Assembly: GCA_038064195.1 (NCBI GenBank)
Contig: JBBTTO010000002.1
Span: 402,387-466,386, forward strand
Source of the DNA: Patescibacteria group bacterium
Lineage (GTDB): Bacteria; Patescibacteriota; Microgenomatia; Levybacterales; UBA12049
Length of the DNA: 64,000 bases
Reading direction: 5' to 3'
Of this stretch, positions 18,619 through 27,025 are shown in pieces. A program made the translations under genes and the position numbers. The notes below the pieces were generated by a model. The model was not told the DNA's origin. It did not search any database and saw only the letters and a list, made by a program, of their open reading frames with translations. Within the stretch, counting starts at the first letter, position 1. Each line of letters opens with the position of its first letter.

Positions 18619-19608
18619 GTGCAGCGGATAATTCCCCCCAAACTTAAAACAGGTGATACGATTCGAATAATCGCCCCGTCTGATGCCCATACTGCTGATA
18701 ACAAACCAGAGGATATAAAGTTAGCTCAGAAAAATTTGGAGTCATTAGGTTTGAAAGTAACGTATGGCGAACACATTACGGAGATCGATGAATTTAAATC
18801 ATCAAGTATTGAGTCCCGCATTACTGATCTTCATGCAGCCTTTGAGGATCCTGATGTCAAAATGGTTTTGGCAAGTGATGGCGGGTGGATTGCCAACCAA
18901 TTACTTCGCTATATTGACTGGGAATTGATTAGAAAAAATCCTAAAATACTCTGTGGTTACTCAGATATCACAGCACTCAATAATAGTATTTTTGCTAAGA
19001 CAGGAGTTGTAACTTACTCAGGTCCTCTTTTTTGTATATTTCCCATGCAGGAAGGTTCAGAGTATATGATTGACCATGTTAAAAAGTGTTTATTTAGCGA
19101 TGACCCCTACGAAATAAAACCAAGTGACAATTGGAGCAATGATGAATGGTGGAAGCATGTAAAGAAGCGAAAGTTTTATCCCAATGAGGGTTGGCTAGTA
19201 ATCAATGAAGGGGAAGCTGAAGGAATATCACTGGGGGGCAACCAATGTACGCTTAATCTTTTACAGGGCACAGAATATATGCCGGATCTGAAGGATTCAA
19301 TTCTCTTTCTGGAGGATGACTATGAAGTATTACCAAAGACATTTGATCGCGATCTGCAGTCTCTGATCCATCTCCCGAGTTTCACAGGCGTAAAGGGAAT
19401 AATAATCGGCAGATTTGAAAAAGTCTCAAAGATGTCTGATCATCTGATCACTGAAATTATAAAGAGGAAAAAAGAACTTGATCATATCCCGGTCATAGCC
19501 AATGTCGACTTCGGACATACTGATCCCAAGATCACTTTTCCAGTCGGTGGGAGAGTGAGCATGAAGGCGAATAAAAAGGATTCTGTGATAACAGTCCTCG
19601 AACACTAG
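18619..19608 (+). CDS. ldcA: LD-carboxypeptidase (peptidase S66, muramoyltetrapeptide carboxypeptidase)
   Basis: CGYSDITAL with the nucleophile Ser, and the conserved C-terminal His/Glu region (DFGHTDP). Confidence 0.75.
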   Translation: MQRIIPPKLKTGDTIRIIAPSDAHTADNKPEDIKLAQKNLESLGLKVTYGEHITEIDEFKSSSIESRITDLHAAFEDPDVKMVLASDGGWIANQLLRYIDWELIRKNPKILCGYSDITALNNSIFAKTGVVTYSGPLFCIFPMQEGSEYMIDHVKKCLFSDDPYEIKPSDNWSNDEWWKHVKKRKFYPNEGWLVINEGEAEGISLGGNQCTLNLLQGTEYMPDLKDSILFLEDDYEVLPKTFDRDLQSLIHLPSFTGVKGIIIGRFEKVSKMSDHLITEIIKRKKELDHIPVIANVDFGHTDPKITFPVGGRVSMKANKKDSVITVLEH

Positions 19609-19891
19609 ATACCTCTTCAGGGGATTCACCTTTGAATATCCCTCACCTCGGTCCTCTCCCAATAGGGCGAGGAAGATTAAGGTTAAGTCATTGAGATGGG
19701 GGACAAAGCATATAAGTATTTGGAAAAGACAAAGAGTCTTCCAGAGATAAAGAGCGAACTCTTCAGTCTGAAATAGTCAGTGTCTTGGCAAACGCCAACG
19801 TGGCAAGAAACCCCGAAGGGTTGGAAAGGGACCGGTTTGAGCCGGTTACATCGCGGAGCGATGCTTGAATACCCTTTCCGTGAATCTCCGG

Positions 19892-20608
19892 TTAGCTCAT
19901 CTGGTAGAGAACCTCAGGCATATGCCGTGCGAGCCAGATTGTGAATGCGTCGTTGGGCGTCGCTGCTCGGTAGCTTACACCATCATGTACATCTGTGCCG
20001 ATACGCGCCAGCACCAGAAGCGCTGGAATGTATTCGGCTCTGAAGATGAGCTCTGTGGCGTCTAGCTGATCGGAAATCATCTTTGGGTCGACCTCGACGT
20101 CCCAGACCTCAGACCATGTAGCGCAGAAAGTCGGGTTGGGGTTGTGATACCCCAGAAACGTGATGTTCTTGATGCCGCGCGCACCGGCTTCTTGGAGCGC
20201 TTCACGACGCACAGCGTCGTCATCGCTCTCGAAAGCGGCCGCGAGATTTGTACCGAGAATCTTCTCCTTGAAGCCCATAACACAGGGCTGGGCGAAGATG
20301 ATCGGTGGATCGGCCGGTGTGCCATCCGGTTTGTCCGCGAGCGGACGAGCTTGGATGACGACAGCGATGTAGATGATTCCGCCTTTTCGATACCAGCAGA
20401 CAGCGTTGATATTCGGCGCTTCGCCGACCACTACCCGATCGAAATCAGGTGTGCCATCGGCCTTTGTCTGCACGCGCACTTCGGCGAAACCGAAGCGCGA
20501 GAAGAATCTTTTATTGCTGCGGTCTAGGTGCCACGAATTGACTCCTCGATCCTTGAAAAAATTGAAGGTTCGTCTGGATGCTTCTTGGGGGGTAACCCAA
20601 CCAATCAT
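19892..20608 (-). CDS. NUDIX hydrolase (ADP-ribose pyrophosphatase-like), high-GC gene
   Basis: Nudix-box-like AAAFESDDDAVRREALQEAGA. Start placed at the ATG complementary to 20606-20608 (MIGWVTPQEA). The track's longer N-terminal extension would run through a 12-bp inverted repeat and is probably not translated. GC is about 55 % against about 43 % locally. Confidence 0.6.
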   Translation of the reverse strand: MIGWVTPQEASRRTFNFFKDRGVNSWHLDRSNKRFFSRFGFAEVRVQTKADGTPDFDRVVVGEAPNINAVCWYRKGGIIYIAVVIQARPLADKPDGTPADPPIIFAQPCVMGFKEKILGTNLAAAFESDDDAVRREALQEAGARGIKNITFLGYHNPNPTFCATWSEVWDVEVDPKMISDQLDATELIFRAEYIPALLVLARIGTDVHDGVSYRAATPNDAFTIWLARHMPEVLYQMS

Positions 20609-20661
20609 GATCGTTCCTTTCGAAAAACAAATGAGCGAGAAAGGGAACGCCCCTATCTCTT

Positions 20662-20705
20662 TTTGCCCGACAGAAGAATAAATAATTACTCGCCTGTCGG
20701 GCAAA
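20662..20705. promoter_or_regulatory. perfect 12-bp inverted repeat (TTTGCCCGACAG ...20 nt... CTGTCGGGCAAA) in a divergent intergenic region
   Basis: Lies between the NUDIX gene (minus) and the CAP-domain gene (plus); a candidate operator or cruciform. Confidence 0.4.
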
Positions 20706-20918
20706 AGAGTGGGGTTTCTTTTCTTATATGCTTTGTCAACGTGCGTTGAGTCCAAAATAGACTCAACTATGCCAGAACTATAACAGATTACTATAGGTTT
20801 TTCAAGTTCGAACCATTAGATCGAATACGAAAATTGTTCGATCCAGGCACGAAGCAGAACAATAATTTCCTATATATTTGCATTTTTTGCGTATTTTTGC
20901 TACAGTCAAAACTTCGTA

Positions 20919-21800
20919 ATGCTGACCAGCGCACATACTTTACGCTTGGCCGCGTCCTCACTGCTCGGGGCGATGTTAGTCCCTCTCGTGGCTTCGATAT
21001 CCACTGTTTCAGCTTCAGATCCTCTTTTACTCACCTCTCCCGTTACTACCGCAAATTCTGAACAAAATCTCTGTCTGGCAACTCTGCCTGACAGCCTGAT
21101 GGAGCTTAATTATGCTTTGACACCGGCTCGCTTTGAGCGTGTCGACGCAAGTAATGTCAATTCAGTCGTCATTACGCAAGCAAAAGACGGTATGCTCCAC
21201 TCATTCGGTAGTGAGAAAACAGTCCTGAGTAAAGCAACCATTGAGGAGTTAGTAGATGCTAATACCACACCTACGCCGATCCAACCGGTTCAGGAACCAG
21301 TCGTCACGATCATTCCGACCGCTGAAGTCTTAGCTGCTGAGGATCAGGTATCGAGCTCTCAGCTAAGTGCGGATGTCTTATTTAATCTGGTAAATGCGAC
21401 ACGTGCGAACTATGGACTCGCGCCTTTTCAAAAAGACGATCGAATCTGTAATGTGGCTGTCTCACGTGCGCCTGAGCTGGATAGTGAAATTTGGGTTACT
21501 CGTACCATGCACGCGGGCTTTTACGCGCGTAATCTTCCGTACTGGGCAACTGAAAACGTCATCAGTACGCGGACTGAACAGCAGGCACTCAACTGGTGGA
21601 TGCATTCGCCTGTCCATAGATCAGCACTGCTTGGTAACTGGAAATATGCCTGTGTAGCATGTAGTGGCAAGTCATGTAGTATGATTTTTACCAACTTTGA
21701 TATGAAGCAGACAGCTCCAGTAATTCAAGTAGCAACACCCACACCTGCGACTGCAGGAGTAACTCCTCAAGCATCTGTCGGACAGACTCCTGTTTTGTAG
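20919..21800 (+). CDS. secreted CAP/SCP/PR-1 domain protein (YkwD-like)
   Basis: Signal peptide; Ser/Thr/Pro-rich linker; C-terminal CAP block YGLAPFQKDDRICNVAVSRA...HSPVHRSALLGNWKYACVACSG. GC is about 50 %. Confidence 0.65.
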   Translation: MLTSAHTLRLAASSLLGAMLVPLVASISTVSASDPLLLTSPVTTANSEQNLCLATLPDSLMELNYALTPARFERVDASNVNSVVITQAKDGMLHSFGSEKTVLSKATIEELVDANTTPTPIQPVQEPVVTIIPTAEVLAAEDQVSSSQLSADVLFNLVNATRANYGLAPFQKDDRICNVAVSRAPELDSEIWVTRTMHAGFYARNLPYWATENVISTRTEQQALNWWMHSPVHRSALLGNWKYACVACSGKSCSMIFTNFDMKQTAPVIQVATPTPATAGVTPQASVGQTPVL

Positions 21801-21803
21801 TAA

Positions 21804-21869
21804 GTATTATGTAGTAGGTATCACGTATGAAAGGTATCTTCTTATACATACTACTTGATACAAGCTACA
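21804..21869 (+). repeat. direct repeat DR2, copy of 18500-18574
   Basis: gtattatgtag...ggtat...ttatacatactacttgatacaagctaca. Confidence 0.6.
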
Positions 21870-21896
21870 ACTCACTCTCTATGTTAGAATGGGGCT

Positions 21897-23099
21897 ATGA
21901 ATTTAGCTATTAGGATGCGGCCGCAAACACTTAAGGACTTCGTCGGGCAGGAAGAGCTCGTCGGACAAGGGAAATTGATCAGACGAATGATCGAATCGGA
22001 TAGTTTAAGTTCGATAATTCTCTGGGGGCCTCCGGGGAGTGGCAAGACGACACTTGCCAGTATCATTGCTCATGAGACAGATAGTGACTTCCATATGCTC
22101 AGTGCCGTCTCAACCGGCAAAGAAGATCTCCAAAAAATCATCAAAGAAGCTAAAGACCAGACGCTTTTTAAAAAGAAAACCATTTTGTTTTTAGACGAAA
22201 TTCACAGGTGGAATAAAGCCCAGCAGGATGTATTACTTCCTTACGTTGAAACTGGTTTGATCACCCTCATCGGCGCCACAACTGAGAACCCCTCATTTGA
22301 AGTCAACAGTGCGCTCCTCTCAAGAAGTAAAGTTTTTGTACTCAAATCCTTGACTCCTGAAAATCTGCATACAATTATTACTCGTAGTCTTAAAGACACT
22401 GAAAAGGGTTTGGGCACGGCGAAAAAAACTATCAGTAAAGTTGCTGAGGAATTATTGATACGGCTCTCCGGCGGAGATGCGCGGGTAGTCCTCAATGCTA
22501 TTGAGATGGCGGTCACGAATTTTTCAGATAAGAAGATTGATGAGAAAATCGTTCAGGATATTTTTCAAACCAAAACAGCCGGCCTCTATGACAAGAAAGC
22601 TGATGAGCACTACAATATCATCTCGGCATTTATCAAATCCATGCGGGGATCAGATCCCGATGCGGCTTTATATTATTTAATGCGGATGCTTGAGAATGGT
22701 GAAGATCCCAAATTCGTTGCACGCAGAATGGTAATTTTCGCCTCAGAGGACATCGGGCTAGCGGACAGGGGAGCGCTTATCCAGGCCAATGCGGGATTTG
22801 ATGCAGTCCATAAAATAGGTATGCCTGAGTCTCAGCTCATCCTGGCGCACATTTGTTTGTATTTATCTACCACCAAAAAGTCCCGAAGCGTCCCGAATGC
22901 CATGGGGAGGGCAAAAGATGCTGTATATCAGTACCCCAACGAACCAGTACCTCTGCATTTGCGCAATGCTCCGACTAAACTGATGAAAGAGCTTGGCTAT
23001 GCCAAAGACTATCAGTGGAGTGAGGAAAAAGTCGGGCCGAAAGGCGACCTCGGTTTCTTACCCGAAAAGTTAAAGGGGAAGAAGTTTTATGAAGAATAA
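21897..23099 (+). CDS. rarA: replication-associated recombination protein A (AAA+ ATPase RarA/MgsA)
   Basis: Walker A LWGPPGSGKTTLA, Walker B LFLDEIHRWNK, and the MgsA C-terminal domain. Confidence 0.9.
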   Translation: MNLAIRMRPQTLKDFVGQEELVGQGKLIRRMIESDSLSSIILWGPPGSGKTTLASIIAHETDSDFHMLSAVSTGKEDLQKIIKEAKDQTLFKKKTILFLDEIHRWNKAQQDVLLPYVETGLITLIGATTENPSFEVNSALLSRSKVFVLKSLTPENLHTIITRSLKDTEKGLGTAKKTISKVAEELLIRLSGGDARVVLNAIEMAVTNFSDKKIDEKIVQDIFQTKTAGLYDKKADEHYNIISAFIKSMRGSDPDAALYYLMRMLENGEDPKFVARRMVIFASEDIGLADRGALIQANAGFDAVHKIGMPESQLILAHICLYLSTTKKSRSVPNAMGRAKDAVYQYPNEPVPLHLRNAPTKLMKELGYAKDYQWSEEKVGPKGDLGFLPEKLKGKKFYEE

Positions 23100-23280
23100 G
23101 TTTTTTCTGTACTTTTTCCCGCAAAAAGTACCAAAAGCTCTCGCCCTGTCTTCCTCAATGCAGAAAAATATGATTCGCTCATTAAAAGTTAGTGCTATTG
23201 ACTTGCAACTTTTACCCTTCAGGTCATTCTCTCATCATATTTTTCTAGGCTTTCGACGCGAACGGGCGATCATAGGAACC
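23100..23280 (+). ncRNA. intergenic structured element, copy R1 (putative novel ncRNA family)
   Basis: Starts 1 nt after the rarA stop. P1 GTACTTTTT-cccgc-AAAAAGTAC, then CAAAAGCTCTCG. P2 CGCCC (23143-23147) pairs with GGGCG (23264-23268). P3 TAAAAGT-variable loop-ACTTTTA. About 85 % identical to R2 in the conserved blocks, with compensatory changes. Confidence 0.5.
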
Positions 23281-23311
23281 TTATAAAAAAACGATTCTTT
23301 ATTAAGAGGAG

Positions 23312-23956
23312 TTATTCTCCGAGGTGGGAGTAGTCGTTCCAGGTGAGAAGTCTCCATTTTTCTTTGTCATACTCCATCATCGTGATACCGGTATTGGTCG
23401 TATGGGCAAATTTTATAAAGGGATTAAAGATGCTATCCGTTAGGTCATCTCCATAAACCATAAGTAACGCGATCAGTATCATGATATAGCCATGTGTCAC
23501 GACTAATACATTCTCATATGGCATAGCTTCTAACTCTTCGATGAATTTCAACCCCCTTGCTTTGAAATCAAAGAAGTTCTCCTCATCTGAGTAATGCCAG
23601 TCAGGGTCATTATTGTGCTCTTTGATCAATGTTTTAATCTCTATGGCTTCAGGGTGGTTCCTGTCTTTGCCATGCAAAATTGTGGGTGTTCGTTTCTCGA
23701 TCAATAAGTCAGCGACAACTAATTTTTTTTGCAAAACGTTATTAATAGTCTCTGCGGTTTGGAGGGCTCTTGTTTGACTACTGGTATAGATGATATCAAC
23801 TGGGATGGACTTGAATCGCTCCGCCACTTTTTCTGCCTGCGCAAAGCCTTCTTCAGCTAGTGGGGTGGTCGGGAATTGGTGTGTCTTGTTATGAAATGGG
23901 TCAGCATTAAAAGTGGATTGGCCGTGTCTGACAAAATATACTTTCATATTAACCAA
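23312..23956 (-). CDS. histidine phosphatase family protein (phosphoglycerate-mutase-like)
   Basis: RHG motif (VYFVRHGQSTFN) and a downstream catalytic His (VTHG). Confidence 0.75.
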   Translation of the reverse strand: MVNMKVYFVRHGQSTFNADPFHNKTHQFPTTPLAEEGFAQAEKVAERFKSIPVDIIYTSSQTRALQTAETINNVLQKKLVVADLLIEKRTPTILHGKDRNHPEAIEIKTLIKEHNNDPDWHYSDEENFFDFKARGLKFIEELEAMPYENVLVVTHGYIMILIALLMVYGDDLTDSIFNPFIKFAHTTNTGITMMEYDKEKWRLLTWNDYSHLGE

Positions 23957-25475
23957 TTAAGCTCTTTCCTGTCATGACGGGGGGGATCGGGAGATTGAAA
24001 AGCGATAAAATTGTTGGGGCAATGTCCGCAAAAGTCCCTGGGTGTAATGTAGTCCCTGTTACAGTGAGGATCGCCGGGACGGGATTTAAGGTATGCGCGG
24101 TATGGGGCTGATTGTGGACTTCATCAAACATTACCTCAGCATTACCGTGATCGGCGGTGATAAAAGCTATGCCGCCTTTAGCCTCGATTGCCTCAACTAC
24201 CCGTCTAATCTGTCCATCCAGGAATTTGATTGCGGCAATCGTGGGCTCCCATTTGCCTGTGTGTCCTACCATATCGGCATTGGCGAAGTTGAGAGCCACA
24301 AAGTTAGTTCCGTTGTTAATCGCTTCAATCGTCTTGTCAGCAATTTCTTTGGCTCGCATCTCGGGAGCTAAGTCGTGTGTCGCGATGTCTTTGCGACTGG
24401 GGATCATCACAAAATGTTCGCCTTGGTGTTCTTTATCGTCGCCACCGTTGAGAAAATAGGTGACATGAGCATACTTTTCAGTCTCGGCGATGTGGGTTTG
24501 TGTTAGTCCCGCTTTGCTGATCTCGGCAGAAAGTGATGTCTCTATCTTTTCAGGCGGAAAGGTGACATGAGAGTTGATGCTCGTGTCGAAGCGTGTCATC
24601 GTGACAAAGTCGAGGCTCAGGCGTGGTTGCATCTCCATAATTTTTTGACTCAGTTCACGAGCACGATCAGGGCGGAAATTAAGGAAGAAAATGCCATCGT
24701 TTTGCTTGATGACACTTGGCTTTCCCGATGGATCTTTCAATACAATCGGCATGATGAATTCATCGCCTGTGTTGGCAGCGTATTCAGCTTTGATAATCTC
24801 GATCGGATCAGTGGCTGTGGAGACCATACCGGTGCCCTGGAAGATCACATCGGACATCTTTTGTATTCGATCAAAATTACTGTCCCTATCCATAGCATAG
24901 TACCTTCCGGAGATAGTCGCGATCCTTCCCAGCCCGGTCTCAGTCATCACTTTTTGCAGTTCGGCTACATATATCACTGCACTTTGCGGTGGCGTATCGC
25001 GGCCATCTGTAATGACGTGGATCGCCACATCCATCACACCCGCTGAGCGGGCGAGGCGAAGGACGGCGAAAAGATGCTCCTGATGACTATGGACTCCTCC
25101 TGGACTGACAAGTTCTATGAGATGAAGTGTTGAGTTATTTTTCTTGACATGAGCAAAGAGTTCCTGGATGACGGGATTGGTAGCCAAGCTGCCATCGTGG
25201 ATAGCTTTATTAATCCGGAGCAAGTCAGTAAAGATAGTTCGCCCTGCACCGATACTCATATGACCTATCTCACTCGTCCCGATCGTGCCCTCAGGGAGCC
25301 CTACAGCCTCGCCGCTGGCAGGCAGGAGAGTGTGGGCATAGGTACGCCACATCTGCTGGAAGAACTCAGGGTGGGCACTAGCGATGGCATTATATTTTGT
25401 CGCCTCTAAGTACCCCCAGCCATCAAGGATCATCAGGACGATTTGGCGGTAGGGAGGGTGGAATTGTTGGTTCAT
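23949..25475 (-). CDS. gpmI: 2,3-bisphosphoglycerate-independent phosphoglycerate mutase
   Basis: LMILDGWGY, SEIGHMSIGAGR and ITADHGNAE iPGM signatures. Confidence 0.9.
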   Translation of the reverse strand: MNQQFHPPYRQIVLMILDGWGYLEATKYNAIASAHPEFFQQMWRTYAHTLLPASGEAVGLPEGTIGTSEIGHMSIGAGRTIFTDLLRINKAIHDGSLATNPVIQELFAHVKKNNSTLHLIELVSPGGVHSHQEHLFAVLRLARSAGVMDVAIHVITDGRDTPPQSAVIYVAELQKVMTETGLGRIATISGRYYAMDRDSNFDRIQKMSDVIFQGTGMVSTATDPIEIIKAEYAANTGDEFIMPIVLKDPSGKPSVIKQNDGIFFLNFRPDRARELSQKIMEMQPRLSLDFVTMTRFDTSINSHVTFPPEKIETSLSAEISKAGLTQTHIAETEKYAHVTYFLNGGDDKEHQGEHFVMIPSRKDIATHDLAPEMRAKEIADKTIEAINNGTNFVALNFANADMVGHTGKWEPTIAAIKFLDGQIRRVVEAIEAKGGIAFITADHGNAEVMFDEVHNQPHTAHTLNPVPAILTVTGTTLHPGTFADIAPTILSLFNLPIPPVMTGKSLIG

Positions 25476-25499
25476 GGTTTTTCTGCTTTTTCAGGGGAG

Positions 25500-26786
25500 T
25501 CACCTTACGAGGGCATTTTTGCCGGCAAAGACAGCCGTGTCTCCTAACATCTCCTCGATACGCAGCAGCTCGTTGTATTTAGCGACTCTATCTGAACGTG
25601 AGAGTGAGCCAACTTTTATTTGCCCTGTATTAAGTCCTACAGATAGGTGAGCGATAGTTGTGTCTTCTGTTTCACCACTCCTATGAGAGATGATGGTCTT
25701 CCAGCCGGCTTTCTGGGCCATTTGCACTGCCTGAATAGTCTCAGTCAGTGTGCCAATTTGATTGACTTTCACCAAAATAGCATTGGCTGCTTTTTGGCTA
25801 ATGCCTTTTTCAAGGAATTTGATATTGGTGACGAGTAAATCATCGCCGACAATCTGAATTGAATCACCCAAGCTTTGTGTCAATTTCGTCCAGCCTTCCC
25901 ACGCTTCCTGCTCGAGGCAGTCTTCAAGTGACACAATCGGGTATTTCTCCGTCAATTCCTTGAGCCAGGTAATAAGTTCATCAGTGTTTAAATCCTTACC
26001 TTCTGATTCCATTTTGTAAACACCATCATGGTAGAACTCTGAGGCTGCACCGTCAATGCCAAAAACGATATCCTCGTCTGTACGATAACCTGCTTTGATA
26101 ACTGCTTCGGAGATGAGTTCGAATGCCTCAGCGTTGCCGTGCTTTAATTTAGGGGCAAAACCGCCTTCATCACCGACTGCGATGCTATAGCCTTTTTCAT
26201 CGAGTGTCTTGGCTAAATTATGGAAAACTTCGGTTCCCATTCTCAGCGCCTCTGAAAAAGTCGGAGCACTGATCGGGAAAATAATGAACTCCTGAAGATC
26301 CGCAGCCCAGTTGCCGTGTTTGCCGCCGTTGATGACATTCATCATGGGAAGTGGGAGGGTGAAGGTGGAGTTGCCGGAGAGGTTGCCTAAGTAATGATAA
26401 AGTGGAAGCTTCTGACTGAGGGCTGCGGCTTTAGCTGCTGCAAGTGAAACAGCCAGGATGGCGTTAGCTCCGAGATGGGACTTGTTCTCAGTACCGTCAA
26501 GATCGATCATGAGCTGGTCAATACCTGCCTGATCGAATATATCGTGACCTGTGAGGCTGTTGGCGATAGGGCCGTTGACGTTAGCTATGGCTTTAAGCAC
26601 GCCTTTGCCTAAATATTGGCTTTGATCCCCATCCCGTAGTTCAAGGGCCTCATGGGTACCTGTAGAGGCTCCAGAGGGCACTGCTGCACGACCTAGAATG
26701 CCGTCTGTTAGAGTGACATCAGCTTCAACGGTGGGGTGGCCGCGGGAATCAAGGATCTGGCGAGCGTGGATGGATGCAATCTTCAT
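25500..26786 (-). CDS. eno: enolase
   Basis: [24 protein letters not shown] and SHRSGETED; full-length 428 aa. Confidence 0.95.
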   Translation of the reverse strand: MKIASIHARQILDSRGHPTVEADVTLTDGILGRAAVPSGASTGTHEALELRDGDQSQYLGKGVLKAIANVNGPIANSLTGHDIFDQAGIDQLMIDLDGTENKSHLGANAILAVSLAAAKAAALSQKLPLYHYLGNLSGNSTFTLPLPMMNVINGGKHGNWAADLQEFIIFPISAPTFSEALRMGTEVFHNLAKTLDEKGYSIAVGDEGGFAPKLKHGNAEAFELISEAVIKAGYRTDEDIVFGIDGAASEFYHDGVYKMESEGKDLNTDELITWLKELTEKYPIVSLEDCLEQEAWEGWTKLTQSLGDSIQIVGDDLLVTNIKFLEKGISQKAANAILVKVNQIGTLTETIQAVQMAQKAGWKTIISHRSGETEDTTIAHLSVGLNTGQIKVGSLSRSDRVAKYNELLRIEEMLGDTAVFAGKNALVR

Positions 26787-26849
26787 CTCAGATTATTATA
26801 CTGAGAAGAGAAGAAATAACAAGGGTATTTATCGAGTTTCAGGGGTTTC

Positions 26850-27022
26850 ACCCCTAATAGCAGTTTGTTTGTAGGGGAGAAACCCCATGGGGTTGTGTTG
26901 GGGGAGAAAAACGGGTATAATGGGTAAATAATATAGGACTCTGCTGAGTTCAGCAGAGTTGGCAAGATCTTTCAAGGGAGTCACCCCGCAAAGGATTGTA
27001 TGGCGGGGAGACACCCTTTTTT
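26850..27022 (+). promoter_or_regulatory. structured typA leader / divergent eno-typA control region: nested GC hairpins, TATAAT, and a terminator-like hairpin plus T6 ending 3 nt before the typA ATG
   Basis: GGGGTTTCaCCCCTa...tAGGGGaGAAACCCC (14-bp composite stem), cgggTATAATggg, CTCTGCTGagttCAGCAGAG, CACCCCGC-aaaggattgtatg-GCGGGGAGACACCC-TTTTTT-aat-ATG. Confidence 0.35.
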
Positions 27023-27025
27023 AAT

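Noticed and set aside
20077-20749. Cluster of five mutually overlapping ORFs on both strands (20077-20325-, 20144-20527+, 20160-20372+, 20373-20681+, 20528-20749+)
   Set aside because: These are a side effect of the high GC of the NUDIX gene (fewer stop codons in all frames); only the minus-strand NUDIX frame has a recognisable motif.
23089-23286. 65-aa ORF covering element R1
   Set aside because: The homologous element R2 has frame-breaking indels while nucleotide blocks and helices are conserved, so the conservation is not protein-coding.
26829-27014. Minus ORFs 26783-26965 and 26829-27014 in the eno-typA spacer
   Set aside because: They run through the G/C hairpin cluster and the TATAAT box and have no protein features; the region is better explained as a structured regulatory leader.
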